64,000 bases of DNA, from positions 135,346,001-135,410,000 of the forward strand of contig NC_043001.1 of NCBI RefSeq assembly GCF_006345805.1. The letters run 5' to 3'. Numbering within the stretch: position 1 is the stretch's first letter; each line of letters opens with the position of its first letter. A model generated the notes under the pieces. It made no database searches, had not been told where the DNA came from, and was given only the letters and a program-made list of their open reading frames with translations. The translations under genes and the position numbers were made by a program. Shown one piece after another: positions 51,054-63,787 of this stretch. Origin of the DNA: Octopus sinensis. Taxonomy: Eukaryota.

Positions 51054-52349
51054 TTAACTATAAAGAGGTTAATAGAATAAGTAATAATAAAATAAATTTT
51101 GACCTAGATGGGGTTTGAACTCAGAACTTGGTTGCAACAAAGTACTGCAACGTATTTTAATCTGTTGCTCTACTATTTAATGATAAAAGATGATGAAGGA
51201 ATGTTCTTAAGTTTGGATGATGATAATGTAAGAGAAGATAAAGTTAAGGATGGTACTGCTGATAATGATAAAAGTAGAGATGTTGCTGTTGATAAGGATG
51301 GAAGGGAAGTCTGAAGACCAATCCAGTCAGAAATTCTTCACTCATCTATGACAACTTAAGCAGTAAAAGACTTGTAGGAAATCTTGTTGCTTTATGCCTT
51401 CCTATTCATCTATAATTCCATAATTATTTATAAAATCTTTTGCCACCATTCCATTAATGAACTTTAATGCATCCCGATTCCTTTAAGATGTCCAGCTGGA
51501 ACTGCAAACAGCGACAAACAAACAAACAAAGAAAGAAATGAATACACAACGATGAGAGGAAAGGAAGGAATACATTTGATGCTATAACAAAATCTGACAT
51601 TTTATTGATTCTTGGCAGAGAATATATTCAAAGATATTTAATTATTTCCATCATATTTCTTCCTTTTAAATATTCTCATCTTCTTGTCATTGATGTTTTA
51701 GTTAATAATCTTGATATGTTGTTTGTTTCTTTGACTTTTGATATCACCATTGAATGCCTGATGTGATATGCTTATTTATATCGCTACCGTTTATAGATTT
51801 CTCAATACCAGATCTTATAAAAGACAAGTAAAGGAAGATAAATTATATAATTTTTGGTTGTTTTTGCCAAGAAGTCTCAAAATCCTTCTTTTGAAATTTT
51901 GTTTTCCTGATTAAATCAGCTGAGACACCCCCTACCCACATACAAACAATTCTTTGCTAGACCATAACCCATTACTCCTTACACTATTAAAGACTTTTTG
52001 TTTGTATAATGGATCTAGGGCATGTTTGCTAGGCAAGGTCCAACTCTCTCTTTGGGAATGGGATGAATTGAGTACTGTAAGCAATGAAGCACATCTCCCT
52101 TTTTCTCAGTGCTGCTACTTGAGCCAATGAGGAAACTTTTATGCAGTTGTTTGATCAGCCAAATCTCCCTCGGTCGGGAGCCCTACTGCACTGGGGAAAG
52201 AAAGAAGCATATGCTGGTTAATATATTCTGTTTGGATAGGGGGAAGGATCATAGTTGACGACAGACCTGCTGGATGAAAGATGAGAAGAGGTCAAACATA
52301 CATGCATGCAGTCATACATATACATATAAATACATACACGCATATTTTT

Positions 52350-52893
52350 TACATGCCACCGGCACGAGGCCAGTCGGGGAGGTGCTGGCAACGGTCACGA
52401 ACAGATGGCACGTAAGAGAACCATCCGTTCGTGACCGTTGCCAGTGCCACCCCGACTGGCCTCGTGCCGGTGGTACGTAAAAAGCACCATCCGTTCGTGT
52501 CCGTTGCCATCCTCGCCTGGCCCCCGTGCCAAAAGCACCATCCGCTCGTGTCCGTTGCCAGCCTCGCTTGGCCCTCGTACCGGTGGCACGTAAAAGCACC
52601 ATCCGTTCGTGTTCGTTGCCAGCCTCGCTTGGCCCTCGTACCGGTGGCACGTAAAAGCACCATCCGTTCGTGGCCGTTTGCCAGCTCCGTCTGGCACCTG
52701 TGCGGGTGGCACGTAAAAAGCACCCACTACACCCACGGAGTGGTTGGCGTTAGGAAGGGCATCCAGCCGTAGAAACACTGCCAGATCAGACTGGGCCTGA
52801 TGCAGCCTTCTGGCTTCACAGACCCCAGTTGAACCGTCCAACCCATGCTAGCATGGAAAGCGGATGCTAAATGGTGATGATGATGATGATGAT
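52350..52893 (+). mobile_element. SINE family C with about 5 internal repeats and a 5' inversion
   Basis: Units gccggtggcacgtaaaagcaccatccgttcgtg; 52353-52400 is the inverse of 52429-52475. Confidence 0.85.
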
Positions 52894-53149
52894 ATCTACA
52901 TTCTGATCTCTCTCTAAGAAATACTGACTGACATTGCTCTCTCTCTCTGAACAGTGGAAAATCCTAGCTAATGCAAAGCAAAAAGAGAGCAATTCTCTGA
53001 GAATGTTGTTCATTGGTACTTGAAACAAATAAATAAATAATATAGGTCACAGGGTAAATAAGCCACACTAAATAAGCCTTGGTTTAGTGTACAAGTTTTT
53101 AACATGTTGCAATCCTGAAGTAAGAAATCCTCACTAAAAATCTTCTACA

Positions 53150-53545
53150 TAGAATAGCTGACAACATGTTTAGGCTATGCCAAAACCAAAACTAAAACTA
53201 AAACTAAAGGCATAAGGCACTTTGCTGCCAACTGTGAGAAAATTGGACATCATGTTGTAATCAGAAATCTGGAATAGACTGAGAAAGAAAAGAATCAATA
53301 AAGATTGAGACTAATAGACCAAAAAGAATATTGGTGGAACTTAAGAATAAAAACAGTGACCAGTTTACAACAGACTAAATCTGATATTATTGTCTGAGAC
53401 CATAAAATAAAACATGATCTGTTATGGATGTTAGCTGTCCATGTGATAAGAAAAATGCAAGAGTACATCTATGGACCATTGGTGACGAGTTTGTAAATCC
53501 AGTTCTCAAAATATTCTTTCAACTGTATAGCCATTATTATTAGAG
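53150..53545 (+). pseudogene. Decayed R4/Dong-like LINE endonuclease region
   Basis: EYWWNLRIKT...KSDIIV*D...MDVSCPCD...YGPLV..L...YSF..IAIII resembles the RLE motif (KPDIV.WD...E.SCP.D...K). Confidence 0.6.
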
Positions 53546-53589
53546 TGGCAAGACGAAGGTAGAACAGTGGCAGAATTGTTAACATGTCA

Positions 53590-53990
53590 AGGCAGTGAGC
53601 TGGCAGAAATATTAGCATGCTGGGTGAAATGCTTAGTAGTATTTCATCTGTCTTTGTGTTCTGAGTTCAAATTCTGCAGAGGTTGACTTTGCCTTTCATC
53701 CTTTCCGGATCGATTAAATAAGTACCAGTTATGCACTGGGGTCGATATAATTGACTTAATCTGTTTGTTGTCCTTGTTTGTCCTCTCTGTGTTTAGCCCC
53801 TTGTGGGTAGTAAAGAAATAGGTATTTCATCTGTCTTTATGTTCTGAGTTCAAATTCCACCAAGGTCAACTTTGCCTTTCATCCTTTCGGGGTTGATAAA
53901 TTAAGTGCCAGTTGTGTACTAGGGTTGATCTAATCGACCGACACTATCCCCTGAAATTTCGACCCTTGTGCTTAGAGTAGAAAAGAATTG
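53590..53990 (+). mobile_element. SINE family A with a duplicated body
   Basis: Junction aaagaaatag|gtatttcatctg at about 53821. Confidence 0.85.
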
Positions 53991-54659
53991 TTAACATGTC
54001 AGAAAAAATGCTTAGCTGTATTCCTTTCAATTTTTAATGTTCTGAGTTTCAGGATTGATAAAATATAATGGTTTTCAACTTTTGCTACAAGGCCAGCAGT
54101 TTTAGGGGAAGGGGATAATCAATTACATCAACCCCAGTGCTTGACTGGTCCTTATTTTATCGACCCCCAAAAGATGAAAGGCAAAGTCATCTTGGCAGAA
54201 TTTGAGCTCAGGATGTAAAGCTGAAAGAAATGCTGCCAAGCAATTTGTTTGGTGTGGAAATGATTCTGTTTGGTTGCTGATTTGGGGTTCAATAAAATAT
54301 GGCACCAACCAAGTACAGGGGTCAATGCAATCGACTTCCCCACTTCCTTCCAAATTGCTGGACCTTTGTCAAAATTTGAAACTGTTGTTATTGGAGTGAC
54401 GGGTTATGTACTGTCATGCCTGAATCAAATTTTGGCTGGACTTGGAATCATGGACAAAGAATGTAGCTCCATAATTTAGATGATATGATATGATATATCA
54501 GGGACCATCAAAATATACCGTACCTTATGATATGAAGGGTGAGTGATTGCACAAAGGATAAGGGAAATAACAAGCCACTGTTTTTTAACAATCTTGTCAC
54601 TGAACAGGTGGTTAGGTGGTTGAAAAAAAATCAACCACAAAAATACCAATCAGGAAGAC

Positions 54660-54695
<36 letters not shown>

Positions 54696-55939
54696 CATAT
54701 TCTTGATGAAGCTCTATGAATGATTGGTTATTTTGAAGAATTAATGTTAGTGTTAAATTTCTAAAGCAAATCACTTTAAATGATTCCATCTGCTACATGA
54801 CGGCTGGTTCCTTGCTGTCAGCTTGATGGTTGTGGCAGTGGCAGTGGTGTTGGTGATGATGATAATGCTGGTGGTGGTGAGGACACTTGATGGTAGCAGT
54901 GCTGGATGGCATAATAATGGTGGTGTTGATGTTCTGGTGATGGTAGTGCTGGTTGTGGTGGAGGCGGTGGTGGTGGTGATAATGGTAGTGGTAATGGTAA
55001 TGGTGGTGCTAGTGTTGGTGCTGGACAGGGATAATGGTCATGATATTGATGGTAATGATGGTGGACACTGATAATGATGATGATGATGATGATGATGATG
55101 ATAATGTTGATAACATTTGAAATTAATTAAATTGATGAATAACCATAAGTTATAAACTGCAATTTAAATGTGGATATTTGAGAAATAAAAATATTTCATT
55201 TCAACAAGAACATTCGTTTATTTTTTTTACTGCTCACATTAATTTCATTCCAAGATGATTAAATAAGCAGATCTTTCATTAACGAACAGCAGAATATAAC
55301 TATCTGTCTTTCTGTCCTTCCTTTACATCCTCTCTTCAACCTTTTTGCTCTCTCTCCATTTCACACCCTTACCACTATCTTTCTCTCTCTTCCTTTTTGA
55401 CATCACTTATTTTCATCCATCCTACTCCTCCTTCTCCTCCATTTCCTCCCACCCCTTTCAATATTTTTATCATATTTTTTATTTATTCATTGGTTTGGTC
55501 CAAAGGAAGGGCTTGCATCCGTGGCCTTTGCAGGTTCTCTAGGGCTGGTGAGGTCAGTATGGTTAATGTCCATATTGAACTGTTACAAACTGACAACAGC
55601 AAGAAAAATATAGACATAGAAGAAATGCCTAATCTTTGATGTTTTCCTCCTCCTTTCTCTATTTCACTCTCTTTCTATTTCACACTTCTGCTATGCTTTC
55701 TCTCTGTCACTTTTTCTCTCTCCTGCACACTCTCTCCTTTCATACATCCCATTCTTTCTTTCCACATCACATCCTCGCTGCCTTCTTTTAATCTGGAATA
55801 AAATATATAAAAAGAAAATAATAAAAACCTAATTTATTTTGTTTTATTATTTAAATCAAGAAACGAAAGTGGTTTCATCAGATTATGATTTAGTTTTCAT
55901 TTGTAACTTAAGCCATCAATTAGCAGGAAACTAAATGAA

Positions 55940-55975
<36 letters not shown>

Positions 55976-55988
55976 GTGTGTGTGTATA

Positions 55989-56020
<32 letters not shown>

Positions 56021-56144
56021 ATATATATATATATATATAATATATATATATATTGCGAGTAAGGGGTGGAACTTAACTATGGTCTGTCTATACCACTTAT
56101 TCAGCATTACCTCACACCTTTGGGTCTCAATGACACCATTACCT

Positions 56145-56177
<33 letters not shown>

Positions 56178-56399
56178 TATTATCATCATCCTCATCATCA
56201 GCAGCAACATCTGCCTTCTTTACTATCCATTTCCCATGGGTTGGACAGTTTGACAGAACTGGTGAGCCAGAGGACAGTGCCAAGCTTCAATTCCTGCTTT
56301 GGCATGATTTCTATGATTGGATGCCCTTCCTAGCATCATATATATATATATAATTAAGGGCTCCTAAATAAGGATGCCAAGTGTATATAATTTAAATAT

Positions 56400-57460
56400 A
56401 TCTACTGTTTTTTTTTTTCATTACAAGAATATAACTAGATACTTTGTATGCTTTTAGAGTATGGAAAAAAGAGGGAAGAAGCTCCTAATGGACCATTTTG
56501 CAGTTTGTTGATTGCTCATTTGAGAAAACATATTTGATTTCTTTCATCAATCATTAACATAGGATATTCAACTATATATATTAGTAAAAAAATAAGCTGT
56601 TTTGGATAGCCTATTTTGTATACTTCATTACTTACTTGTACTTGTGACAGCGTTCACCCAGGGCATGTTGAACTGGCTTCTTCTCTAGTCCTAATGGCAT
56701 CACGAACCATGGTGGCCCACTCTCAACGGTCCCATGCATGGTCACTGCAGATAGCGAGCCATTTGCGGTTCCATCTGCGCAGACCGACCACCTGCGGACC
56801 TGAGAGTTCAGAGAGGTCCTCCTTTATCGTCATTGCCCAGGTGTTCAGCTGCTCACCTGTGCATTTGCACCAGCTGGGAAGTAGAGGTGGGAGGAGGACA
56901 TCACGAATCAGCTCACCCTCTGGTCTTCAGGCCACATGACCGAACCACCTTAAGTGCCATTGTAGAAGCACCGAAGGGAGGGGGCTGGAGATTCAGGTGA
57001 TGACGAAGACCGGCTGTAGGAACCCGATCAATGCGTCGGCAGCGAAGAATGTGGCAGAGACAGTCATTGTCGACCACCTCCAGCCTTCGCTGATCGACTA
57101 CAATTTCGTATATTTGTACTTTAGACAGCTGGTCATTAAATAATATATATTTTATTCACAACACTGTGTAAATCTGAAGGATTGAAATATGTTCATATAT
57201 TAGAAATTCTTAACTGTGATAATGAACTAACTATATAAGAATATAAACACATTTCTTCTATGCTTTTACTTTACAAAGAAAAGGTGGGAAGGCTTCTGAT
57301 GAACTGTTTCAGAGTTTGTTGACTGCTCCTCAGCAGAGATGTACATGATTACCTACCTTTCTTAATCAATTATATAGAATAATCAGTTACTTTATAGTCA
57401 GGAAAGAAGCTGTAGTGGATAGCTTAATTTGCATATTTATACTTTTGATTGCTCATCATT
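56400..57460 (-). repeat. Diverged tandem ~300-bp units, each carrying a decayed hammerhead motif, split by an RTE insertion
   Basis: 56420-56616 resembles 57233-57430; the two-copy consensus gives CUGAUGA-GCAGU-caacaa-ACUGC-GAAA-C-ggucc-(A/G)UC. Confidence 0.6.
56628..57135 (-). mobile_element. RTE-like LINE 3' fragment
   Basis: Translation ...RRLEVVDNDCLCHIL...LRWFGHVA*RPEG...TWAMTIKEDL...DR*EW; (CAAGTA)n tail. Confidence 0.8.
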
Positions 57461-57539
57461 AATTATACAATATATATTTTATGTAGACTTTTGTTGATAG
57501 CACCTTTGTACATGGCTTATTACACTCACAAGCCATTCA

Positions 57540-58040
57540 TAATAATAATAATAATAATGAAATTATTGTATACAGTGCTCAGGTGCACCACAACTTGTCA
57601 AAGTATATGCAGTAATGTACAAATGTCTGGAAAGCGAACAATGTATGAGTCAGATACATGCTTGTGTGTGTATGGAGGGGAAAAAATCAGGTGTAGTGTT
57701 GGCGAATCTCAGGAAGCATGGAAATTTTGGAGGATGCAGTGCTCCGACAACTAACAACTGATGCCAGCAGTTTGTTCCATACTTCAGCAAATCTTAGTGT
57801 GAAAAAATGTTTCCGAAAGTCATGGGAGCTGTGCTGTTTTCTGACTTTGTAAACATGTCCAAGGGGGTTAGATAGGTGGAGTTTGAAAAGGTGCTCAGAG
57901 TTATTGTTGGTAAGATGGTTAATAATTTTATGGGTGTCTGCCAAGTCAGCTGCCAGACGTTGGAGTTTCAATGTATCCATGCCCAGGGAAGTAAGGCATT
58001 CAGAATATGGCGTATCCATGCCCGGGGAAGTAAGGCGTTC
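57540..58040 (-). mobile_element. CR1-like LINE 3' end (second subfamily)
   Basis: LGMDTLKLQRLAADL...GHVYKVRKQHSSHDFRKHFFTLR; longer 3'UTR; (TTA)n tail. Confidence 0.9.
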
Positions 58041-58215
58041 ATCTACTAGCTTCCTCAATAACCAGATGATAGAGCATGGAACCCTGTCAAAAGCCTTCTC
58101 TTGGTTCAAGAATACTAGGCACAATAGCTTACTTCCTGTTAAAGATTTCTGAAATTGCCTCACCAGAAAGATGGCATCAGTGATAATTCTTAGCTCAAAG
58201 CTAAGCTGCATCTTG
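58041..58215 (-). pseudogene. RTE-like RT fragment (motifs 2-3)
   Basis: ITDAIFLVRQFQK...LVFLNQEKAFDRVP..IIW.LRKL. Confidence 0.75.
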
Positions 58216-58279
58216 CTTCAATCAATTCTCTTCCAATGTGTAGTGTTACAACTCCTATATCCTAGTCTGACTGTTTGAT

Positions 58280-59105
58280 ATCTCTGGATCATAAAATCCC
58301 ATAGGACCTTTGCATTTCTATTTTCGATGATGCCTTTAGGTTTGTGGTAGTACCAATTTTTTGCTCTGTCAAGTTCATACTTGTTGCAGAGTGTCCAATG
58401 GACAAGCCTGGCTATATTGTTGTGGCATCTCTTATATTCCTTCTGGGCTAGTGGCGTACATATGCCATACGGTTTCACCGTTTTGTCCACAGATTATCCA
58501 ATTATCACTTTCTGCTGTGTTGTCTATTCTGTATTTTATGTAGTTTGTTCTTAGTGCTTGCTCTTGGGCAGCACAGATTAGAGCCTCCGTTTCTTGTTTT
58601 AAATCACTTTTAGTCATCCACAGCCATCTTTTTTCTCTGCCTGTCTTATCTTCAACACCCCTATGATTCTTTTCTTTACCCACCTATTTTCAGTTTCAGT
58701 CATTTTCAATTTCTTGTATAGTGCTTTATCTTTGCAATCTTTCATCCTACACAAGCCTGACCTTCCTACTTCTAATAATAGTGGTTCTGTGGCATTTTTT
58801 ACATACCATGCTATGTTATTTTTTTCTGCTCTAATGCTGTGTTCGCATCCAATCAGTCCTCTTCCCCCTCTTTTTCTTGGTACATACAGTCTGTCTGTGT
58901 CACTTTTGGGTGGAGTGACCCAAATTTAGTTAGAAACTTCCTTGTCTTTCTGTCTAAGCTGTTTAGTTCATCTACAGTCCATGCGATTACCCATGCTCCA
59001 TATCTAAGGAGTGAAACTGCCCAGGTGTTGATAGTTTTGATCTTATTCTGTCCATTTAATTTCAACTTAAGGATCAGTCTCAGTCTGCGCAAGTACTCCA
59101 CCTTA
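58280..59105 (-). pseudogene. Decayed R4/Dong-like LINE ORF (RT C-terminus, CCHC region, start of RLE)
   Basis: EYLRRLRLILKLKLNGQNKIKTINTWAVSLLRYGA; LKQETEALICAAQEQALRTNY; ICGQNGETVWH; EYKRCHNNIARLVHW; KVLWDF. Confidence 0.85.
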
Positions 59106-60269
59106 AATTTTTATTATTATTATTGTTATTATTATTATTGATGCCAACCCTTAGGCAGTCTGATTGACGCAATGTATTTCAACAGCTTCATAAAATTTTT
59201 CTATTATTTTTTTTAAATTATACATTGACAGGGAAGGTATGCTTGAAGTTGGTTCTGTAAAATTCTGAAAATTTTCTGTTTTTACCTAAAATTGGATGTG
59301 TTTTTGTTCAACTATTTTGACAGTTGCACAGAAAAACTTGCTGCTGTTTTTGGTAAAACTTTTTTTATCTCCTTTTTTATTGATTCTCTCACTGGGAGGA
59401 ATTATCTTCAAATTTTGTATTTTCAAAATTTATTATTTGCTTTAAAAAACACACCCTCCAAAAAAAAAAAAAAACCATAAAAAATCATAGATCCTTGTGA
59501 AGGAATAATAATGTACCAAAGAGGGACCGAAAGAGAGTGTAAAAGAAACAGTGAGGAAAGGGAAAGGCAGAGAAATATATAACGAGGCTAGTGTTGTCTT
59601 TCATAGTAACATTACTGTTGTAGCCATGGCAACAACAGTCAGTTTTACAGTTGAAACTTTATCAGATTGCGTTGATAAGGTTCACATATAATGTTTGCTG
59701 TTGTTGAAAAAGAAAAAAAAAATAACAACAACAGCGAGGAGAACAACAAGAACAAAAGCAACAAATACAATAATGCCGATAGCAACAAGACCAGAGATAA
59801 AACTTTGTGTGATCCATTTAATGGTCAAGACAGAAGCAGTCACTGAACACCAAGAGAGAGCATACGAAAAATATGAATGTGATGTAACTTGTGCTGGGAT
59901 TATGAAATTTTCAACTGAAGAAGTAAATATCATCTAGAAAGGAACGATTGTTCAAAATATAGCTAACCCGAGAGTGTAATGGGTGCTTTTATGTGCCACT
60001 GGCACGGGTGCTAGTTGCATGACACCAGTATCTGTCTTGACTACCATTTCACTTGGCTTGATGGGTCTTCTTTGTAGCCCCAGGAGGACACCTCTTCCAG
60101 CTGGCTATAGACACACTTTCTGTGCCCTATCACAGAAAGTGTGTATATAGCAACAACAGCTTAAGGAAAAGGGACTACAAACACAAACAACTATGGACAA
60201 TATCCAAGGCTCACAGCTATAGAGCAAGACACGGAGGACCAGAGGCCTAAAGACCCAAACCTTTGGCAG

Positions 60270-61800
60270 TGTCAATACTCTTGTCCAATGAGTCTACAAG
60301 TGCACCAGCTCATCCAAGTCTTTTTAGGATTTCTGACTTGCAGCTAATGCTGCTATGAATCTCACTGCCAAGATAAGGGAAGTAGTCAGCAACTTTAACA
60401 TTCTCACCTTCAAGGCAGAGTCTTACAAGAAGCCAATGAAGGACAAGATATTTGTCTTGACCCAAGAGACTCTAAGGCTCAATGGTTCCACTTCCTCACT
60501 GAGTGAAGGGAGAGCACTCTTTAAGACATCCAAAGACTCAACAAGAATAACTGCGTCATCAGCTAAGTCTAAGTCTGTAATTCTACTTACACTAATGAGT
60601 GCACCACAACACGATTGAGTCACCATTTGGCCAATTAGGCCGTCTCTGCAGGCATTGAACAGTGTGGGAGCCAAAGCGCAACATTGACAAACCCTAGATC
60701 TAACTGGGGAAAAAGTCAAATGTTGAGCCCCCTATCTGAACTGTACTGACTATGCTAGGGTACAGAGCCATCATCAGCCCAATAAATTGAGGAGCTCCAG
60801 AACCCTCCAAAGCATATCTCTGTTCACCGAGTCTTAAATGTTGAGCCTCCTATCTGAACTGTACTGACTATGCTAGGGTACAGAGCCATCATCAGCCCAA
60901 TAAATTGAGGAGCTCCAGAACCCTCCAAAGCATATCTCTGTTCACCGAGTCTTAAATGTTGAGCCTCCTATCTGAACTGTACTGACTATGCTAGGGTACA
61001 GAGCCATCATCAGCCCAATAAATTGAGGAGCTCCAGAACCCTCCAAAGCATATCTCTGTTCACCGAGTCTTAAATGTTGAGCCTCCTATCTGAACTGTAC
61101 TGACTATGCTAGGGTACAGAGCCATCATCAGCCCAATAAATTGAGGAGCTCCAGAACCCTCCAAAGCATATCTCTGTTCACCGAGTCTTAAATGTTGAGC
61201 CTCCTATCTGAACTGTACTGACTATGCTAGGGTACAGAGCCATCATCAGCCCAATAAATTGAGGAGCTCCAGAACCCTCCAAAGCATATCTCTGTTCACC
61301 GAGTCTTAAATGTTGAGCCTCCTATCTGAACTGTACTGACTATGCTAGGGTACAGAGCCATCATCTGCCCAATCAATCAAGGAGCTCCAGAACCCTCCAA
61401 AGCATATCTCTGTTCACTGAGTCTTAAATGTTGAGCCTCCTATCTGAACCGTACTGACTGTGCTGGGGTACAGGGCCATCATCAGCTCAATCGAGGAGCT
61501 CCAGAACCCTCCAAAGCATATCTCTGTTCACCGAGTCTTAGATGTTGAGCCCCCTATCTGAACTGTACTGACTATGCTAGGGTACAGAGCCATCATCAGC
61601 CCAATCAATCAAGGAGCTCCAGAACCCTCCAAAGCATATCTCTGTTCACCGAGTCTTAAATGTTGAGCCCCCTATCTGAACTGTACTGACTATGCTAGGG
61701 TACAGAGCCATCATCAGCCCAATCAATTGAGGAGCTCCAGAACCCTCCAAAGCATATCTCTGTTCACCGAGTCTTAGATCTGATGGCAGCAGCAGTAATG
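60270..61800 (-). pseudogene. Decayed RTE-like LINE RT region containing the 118-bp array
   Basis: ...DSVNRDMLWRVLE / LIGLMMALY / V.QCCALAPTLFN / DLDLADD / VSWVKT / FPYLGSEI. Confidence 0.85.
60718..61778. repeat. Tandem array of 9 x 118-bp units (one unit 114 bp)
   Basis: gagcc anchor at 60725, 60843, 60961, 61079, 61197, 61315, 61433, 61547 and 61665. Confidence 0.97.
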
Positions 61801-62077
61801 CATCAAAAAACGGAAAAAAAAAAAAGCCTACAATCACAGCAATTGTTCACCAGTGAACTTCTTCTCACCTACATAGGTTTTATGAAAAGAGAAAGAGTTG
61901 TGCATGTGGAGTGGAGACAGTTATGATTAGCCAAGGGCGAAACTCAGACTTGGCTGTCACCTTTTGATATAATAAACATATCTATTCACTTTATTTAATA
62001 ATGTAGCAGTTCTACATCAGATATCTTTTGCACTTTGTAAAACATATATTTGTATATATATTTTACAACTTTCCTTC

Positions 62078-62310
62078 TGTGTGTGAGTGTGTGTGTGTGT
62101 ATGTATGTATGTATGTATGTATACATATATGTGTGTGTGTGTGTATACATATATGTGAGTGTGTGTGTGTATACATATATGTGAGTGTGTGTGTGTATAC
62201 ATATATGTGAGTGTGTGTGTGTATACATATATGTGAGTGTGTGTGTGTATACATATATGTGAGTGTGTGTGTGTGTGTATACATATATGTGAGTGCGTGT
62301 GCGTGTGTAC
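62078..62310. repeat. ~26-bp minisatellite gtgagtgtgtgtgtgtatacatatat
   Basis: About 6 consecutive units visible. Confidence 0.9.
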
Positions 62311-62889
62311 ACAAATATGCATACAGGTACAAAGAATCGATATAGCTTCACTGGCTAAATATACACACACTCACACATACGCACACACACACACTCACGC
62401 ATATGCACACTCACATATACACACACACACACACACATACACACTTATCGTTTTTTATTTTTATATCTTCTAGCATGGAATGGACAGACACACATATGCA
62501 CACACACACACACACACACACAGACTCCAATTTCATACCAATCACTATCATCTCCACTTCACCTCCTATTTCATTTTATTTCATGTAAAAGATAAGACAT
62601 CACTCACAGCCAACCACGACCACCACCGACCACCACCACCGCCACAATGACAACCAAGCACCAATCCTGTGAAATAAAACATATCTGTATATATATTTTT
62701 TTCACACATAATTCCCTGATAAGCTTGGTGTCTCCCAGTTTTTTACTGTCTGCCAGCCACTTCTATCTGTGTTGTTTCTGGTCTGTCTCCTTCCAGTGGG
62801 AAAAATGTTGAAACTTCTCTCTTTTATCTATACTCACCAACCAACCTACCTACCTACCTACCTACCAACCAACCTGTTTTCTGCTGTAT

Positions 62890-63425
62890 TAACATAGAAG
62901 TCTGTCTGTTGAATGCAGCTTAGCTTGCAGTTATTTCTGTACTGTCACCACTACGCATCACCAATACCACCAAGCTCCCTCCAGGAAAAACCTTCATGTG
63001 GCCACTTGTTGACCGCCTACAAACTAGAAATAGCAGCTCCACATCCCTTTTATCTACATCTGTTAACGCACTATGTCGTAGATGTCTGTCTGTTAGAGTA
63101 GCTTACTTGCGCTGCCACTGCCATTGCTACCACCGGCACCACAGATCCCTTTCTAGGTCTAGTTGATCAGCTAGAAATAGCAGCTATACATTCCTTTTAT
63201 ATACACCTATTAATTTACTATACCATAGAAGTCTGTCTATTATAGTAGCTTTGCTTGCATGCCACCACCACCACCACCACCACTTTTCTGTGTCAACACA
63301 TAGCTCTCCAGGGCTAAATGATTAGCTAGAAATAACAGTCACACATCCCTTTTATTTATAACTCAGTAATCTACCATACTACACTTTACTGTATTAATGA
63401 TCTGTTATATTAGCTTAGCTTGCAA
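62890..63425. repeat. Degenerate ~150-bp tandem repeat (3-4 units)
   Basis: ctagaaatagcagc...ccttttat...gtctgtct...tagctt..cttgc recurs near 62900 (partial), 63024, 63172 and 63326. Confidence 0.7.
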
Positions 63426-63787
63426 ACCACGCCAAATTTTATATTTTTCCATCACACTTCCATTGTATGTGATTGCTACAGGATCATCAAGAAACAGCAG
63501 CCAAATATTCCTCAAATTACATCCTTGGATAGTGTATGTGATTCTTGCCTTACTTTAAATAAAATGTCATGGCTAGAATGCCTTTTCTTACAGGTTTGCT
63601 GAATAAAAACTGAGCTGTGGTTAACCACCACCACCACCATCACCATCACCACCACCAATAACTGTACTACTACTACATTAACAAACCATCAAGGAACCTC
63701 TATGCTGTCAGCCAGTCTGCTTGAAATAGTAACCAAACCTCCCTTAAATTATATGTACCCTACCATATTACAAGTAACATTCATTGG

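Noticed and set aside
54823-55071. Hydrophobic Val/Met-rich ORF resembling a membrane protein
   Set aside because: It is a translation of a degenerate (GGT/GAT)n trinucleotide repeat.
56458-56538. Possible plus-strand terminal exon (ttttag|AGTATGG...TGA) paralleled at 57270-57348
   Set aside because: The second copy lacks the AG acceptor and peptide similarity is weak; a minus-strand hammerhead consensus explains the conservation better, though coding is not fully excluded.
60718-61778. CRISPR-like regular array
   Set aside because: The units are wholly repeated with no unique spacers, derive from a LINE RT, and no cas genes are present in this eukaryotic context.
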